DNA of 64,000 nucleotides from Perkinsus chesapeaki ATCC PRA-425 (lineage: Eukaryota > Protista > Perkinsozoa), in assembly GCA_013115145.1 (NCBI GenBank), contig JAAPAO010000085.1, positions 1 through 64,000 on the forward strand, written 5' to 3'. How positions within the stretch are numbered: the first letter of the stretch is position 1; every line of letters begins with the position of its first letter. Of this stretch, positions 60,317 to 64,000 are shown one piece after another. Below the pieces are notes generated by a model that saw only the letters and a list, made by a program, of their open reading frames with translations, searched no databases and was not told the origin of the DNA. A program made the position numbers and the translations under genes.

Positions 60317-61782
60317 CCCTATTGATATAACATGTGTACTGCAATATAACATCATACATGAACTAACATCAATAGATGGTGATGATGGATACCATACAAA
60401 TGTAGGTATGACTCCACCGTGGGATAGTTCTAATAATAATACAGCTCAACTTTAATAACAATTAATACCCATTGATACCTTCCCCTAACTCAGCTATTAT
60501 ATTGCATATTGTACTAGATGACCCTACTTCTAATCCTTCATTATGAAGGTATCTATTATCCATTAATAATATTAAAATTATTACCAACTACTTATTATTA
60601 CATTATATTACACCCGGCTTTCCTCCCTCTATTGCTGTATTTATTATCACCTATTAACAACCATCTATAATTAACCACTATAACAACATCTTTCCCTTAC
60701 TTATTGTATTTATACTATATCCCAGCAATGCTGCCTCTTTACATGTTGGTAGCCTCCCCAGTGTCTTCATTGCCTGGTATGGCCTATAACACATCCCATC
60801 CTACTACCCCACTACATATCATCTCACACTAGCATATGCTCCGCTAAAGCCGAGTTCTCAGTCCACAGTGTTGTTGTTGTTATTAAAGCAGCAGCAGCAG
60901 ATAACCTCTCAGTAAGGGTGGTATAACCTACCCTACAGGATAGCTCTAGTGTTATAAAGTAGGCCCACCTCCCCCAAAGGCTATAACCTCCAAAGCTTTC
61001 CTGTGCCTTATTTTAATGTCTTCTTGTCCCTCTAAGTCAGCCTCCTAATAGAGCTGCTCTAATAGAACTATTAACATAATATTACCTCTGATATTGTACA
61101 AGATGACCATGAAGTGGCTATACCCTCCTTGACATTTAGCTGTTGTAGAGTATCCTCTACAGCCATAACTGTTGAATCAATAACAGTTACTAATGATGAT
61201 GTTGGTAATATCGGATGATGCCCTATACAACAATCACCATACCATATATTAATTAATTATTACCAATATGATGGTTTGGCGGCGGCTGCGGCTGGTGTCT
61301 ATCCCTCCATCCCTATAACACACCTCGATCCCCTACACATTTGCCATATTACCTCAGCAGTTGATGCATTAGTAGTACTACTACTCATAGTGCTATATAA
61401 TTCACTACTTGTCCATTTAATATCATTGTCTTTATTACCACTATTCCTTATATACCTGCAGCATCACCTCCTCTACCACCATCTCCTCCTCCCTATCCCC
61501 CCCTTACCGGCTCTTTGCTAACTTTCCCATCCAAGTCAACCTCGGTCTATACATACATGGGAACCCATCATCATCGTAATCTATCCTATCCTTTATTCTA
61601 TTTCTTCCTCCTCCTGCCCCCTTTACTTTGTGTGTTCTACATGTTCTTGTCCATAATGGCTTGGAGTACCCTATACAATAGCTTATAACCTCTATAGGTG
61701 GATGAATTCTACTGGTAAATGGTTGCTTATCAAAGCTCTTTGGTAAACTACATGCCTCTGTAGAAGATGAATGTTTGATCAT
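56068..61782 (-). CDS. Ankyrin-repeat protein with a C-terminal hydrophobic tail, many introns (the 5' part may be a separate gene)
   Basis: Ankyrin motifs GRTPLDVAIDKGNIIVGEIL, RGDSPLFWLL, GITCLHVA...VDALVEVNADLN...ERTPLHV and AGNSEVVKALIRHGAKVDITDHQGKRPADY. The terminus is MQVVVCSLIAVLLCIIS stop. Linkage of 59300-61782 to the ankyrin exons is not established. Confidence 0.65.
60262..60314. repeat. (CTA)n microsatellite, about 17 units, probably intronic
   Basis: Perfect ctacta... run. Confidence 0.95.
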
Positions 61783-61953
61783 TCTAGTAGCTCTAATGAT
61801 AGAGTAATAACAATTATTATTAACAACACTATACCAAGTCAAAGGATACTAGAAACCAACCACCACAATAAATACGACGACGGCACATACTGCTTCTTAT
61901 GCGAAAAAACGATTTAATCATATCTTTCAACATATCACGTTAACGGTGGTCCT

Positions 61954-64000
<2,047 letters not shown>

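Overview
Eukaryotic genomic DNA with short GT-AG introns and low-complexity insertions in proteins. The gene style suggests the alveolate parasite genus Perkinsus, which is an inference and not shown directly. Intron-rich housekeeping genes: acireductone dioxygenase (ADI1), an acylated STE11/MEKK-like kinase, SAM50, mitochondrial L20, a SMARCAL1-like SNF2 helicase, RPLP2, a 17-kb HUWE1/Tom1-type HECT E3 ligase, an ankyrin-repeat gene and mitochondrial ATP synthase beta. These are interleaved with two intronless multigene families. The first is three secreted pepsin-like aspartic proteases. The second is ten copies (intact, disrupted or fragmentary) of an F-box-like family with a beta-rich C-terminus. 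The most striking signal is in this second family: six copies share a 159-nt 5' cassette, about 95% identical in the pair counted, that ends sharply at TL(D/N)CPMEE and is followed by strongly diverged C-termini. The cassette SNPs show four-gamete mosaics, another copy has a replaced N-terminus, and two copies share a 225-bp conversion-like tract. Together these suggest a recombining, modular effector or adaptor repertoire. Also notable: an orphan Cys-motif, Gln/Pro-tailed gene sitting inside that array behind a GC hairpin, and a GTAC-dense degenerate repeat at 10.2-10.7 kb. Exon boundaries were read by eye and are approximate. No rRNA, tRNA or CRISPR array was recognised.
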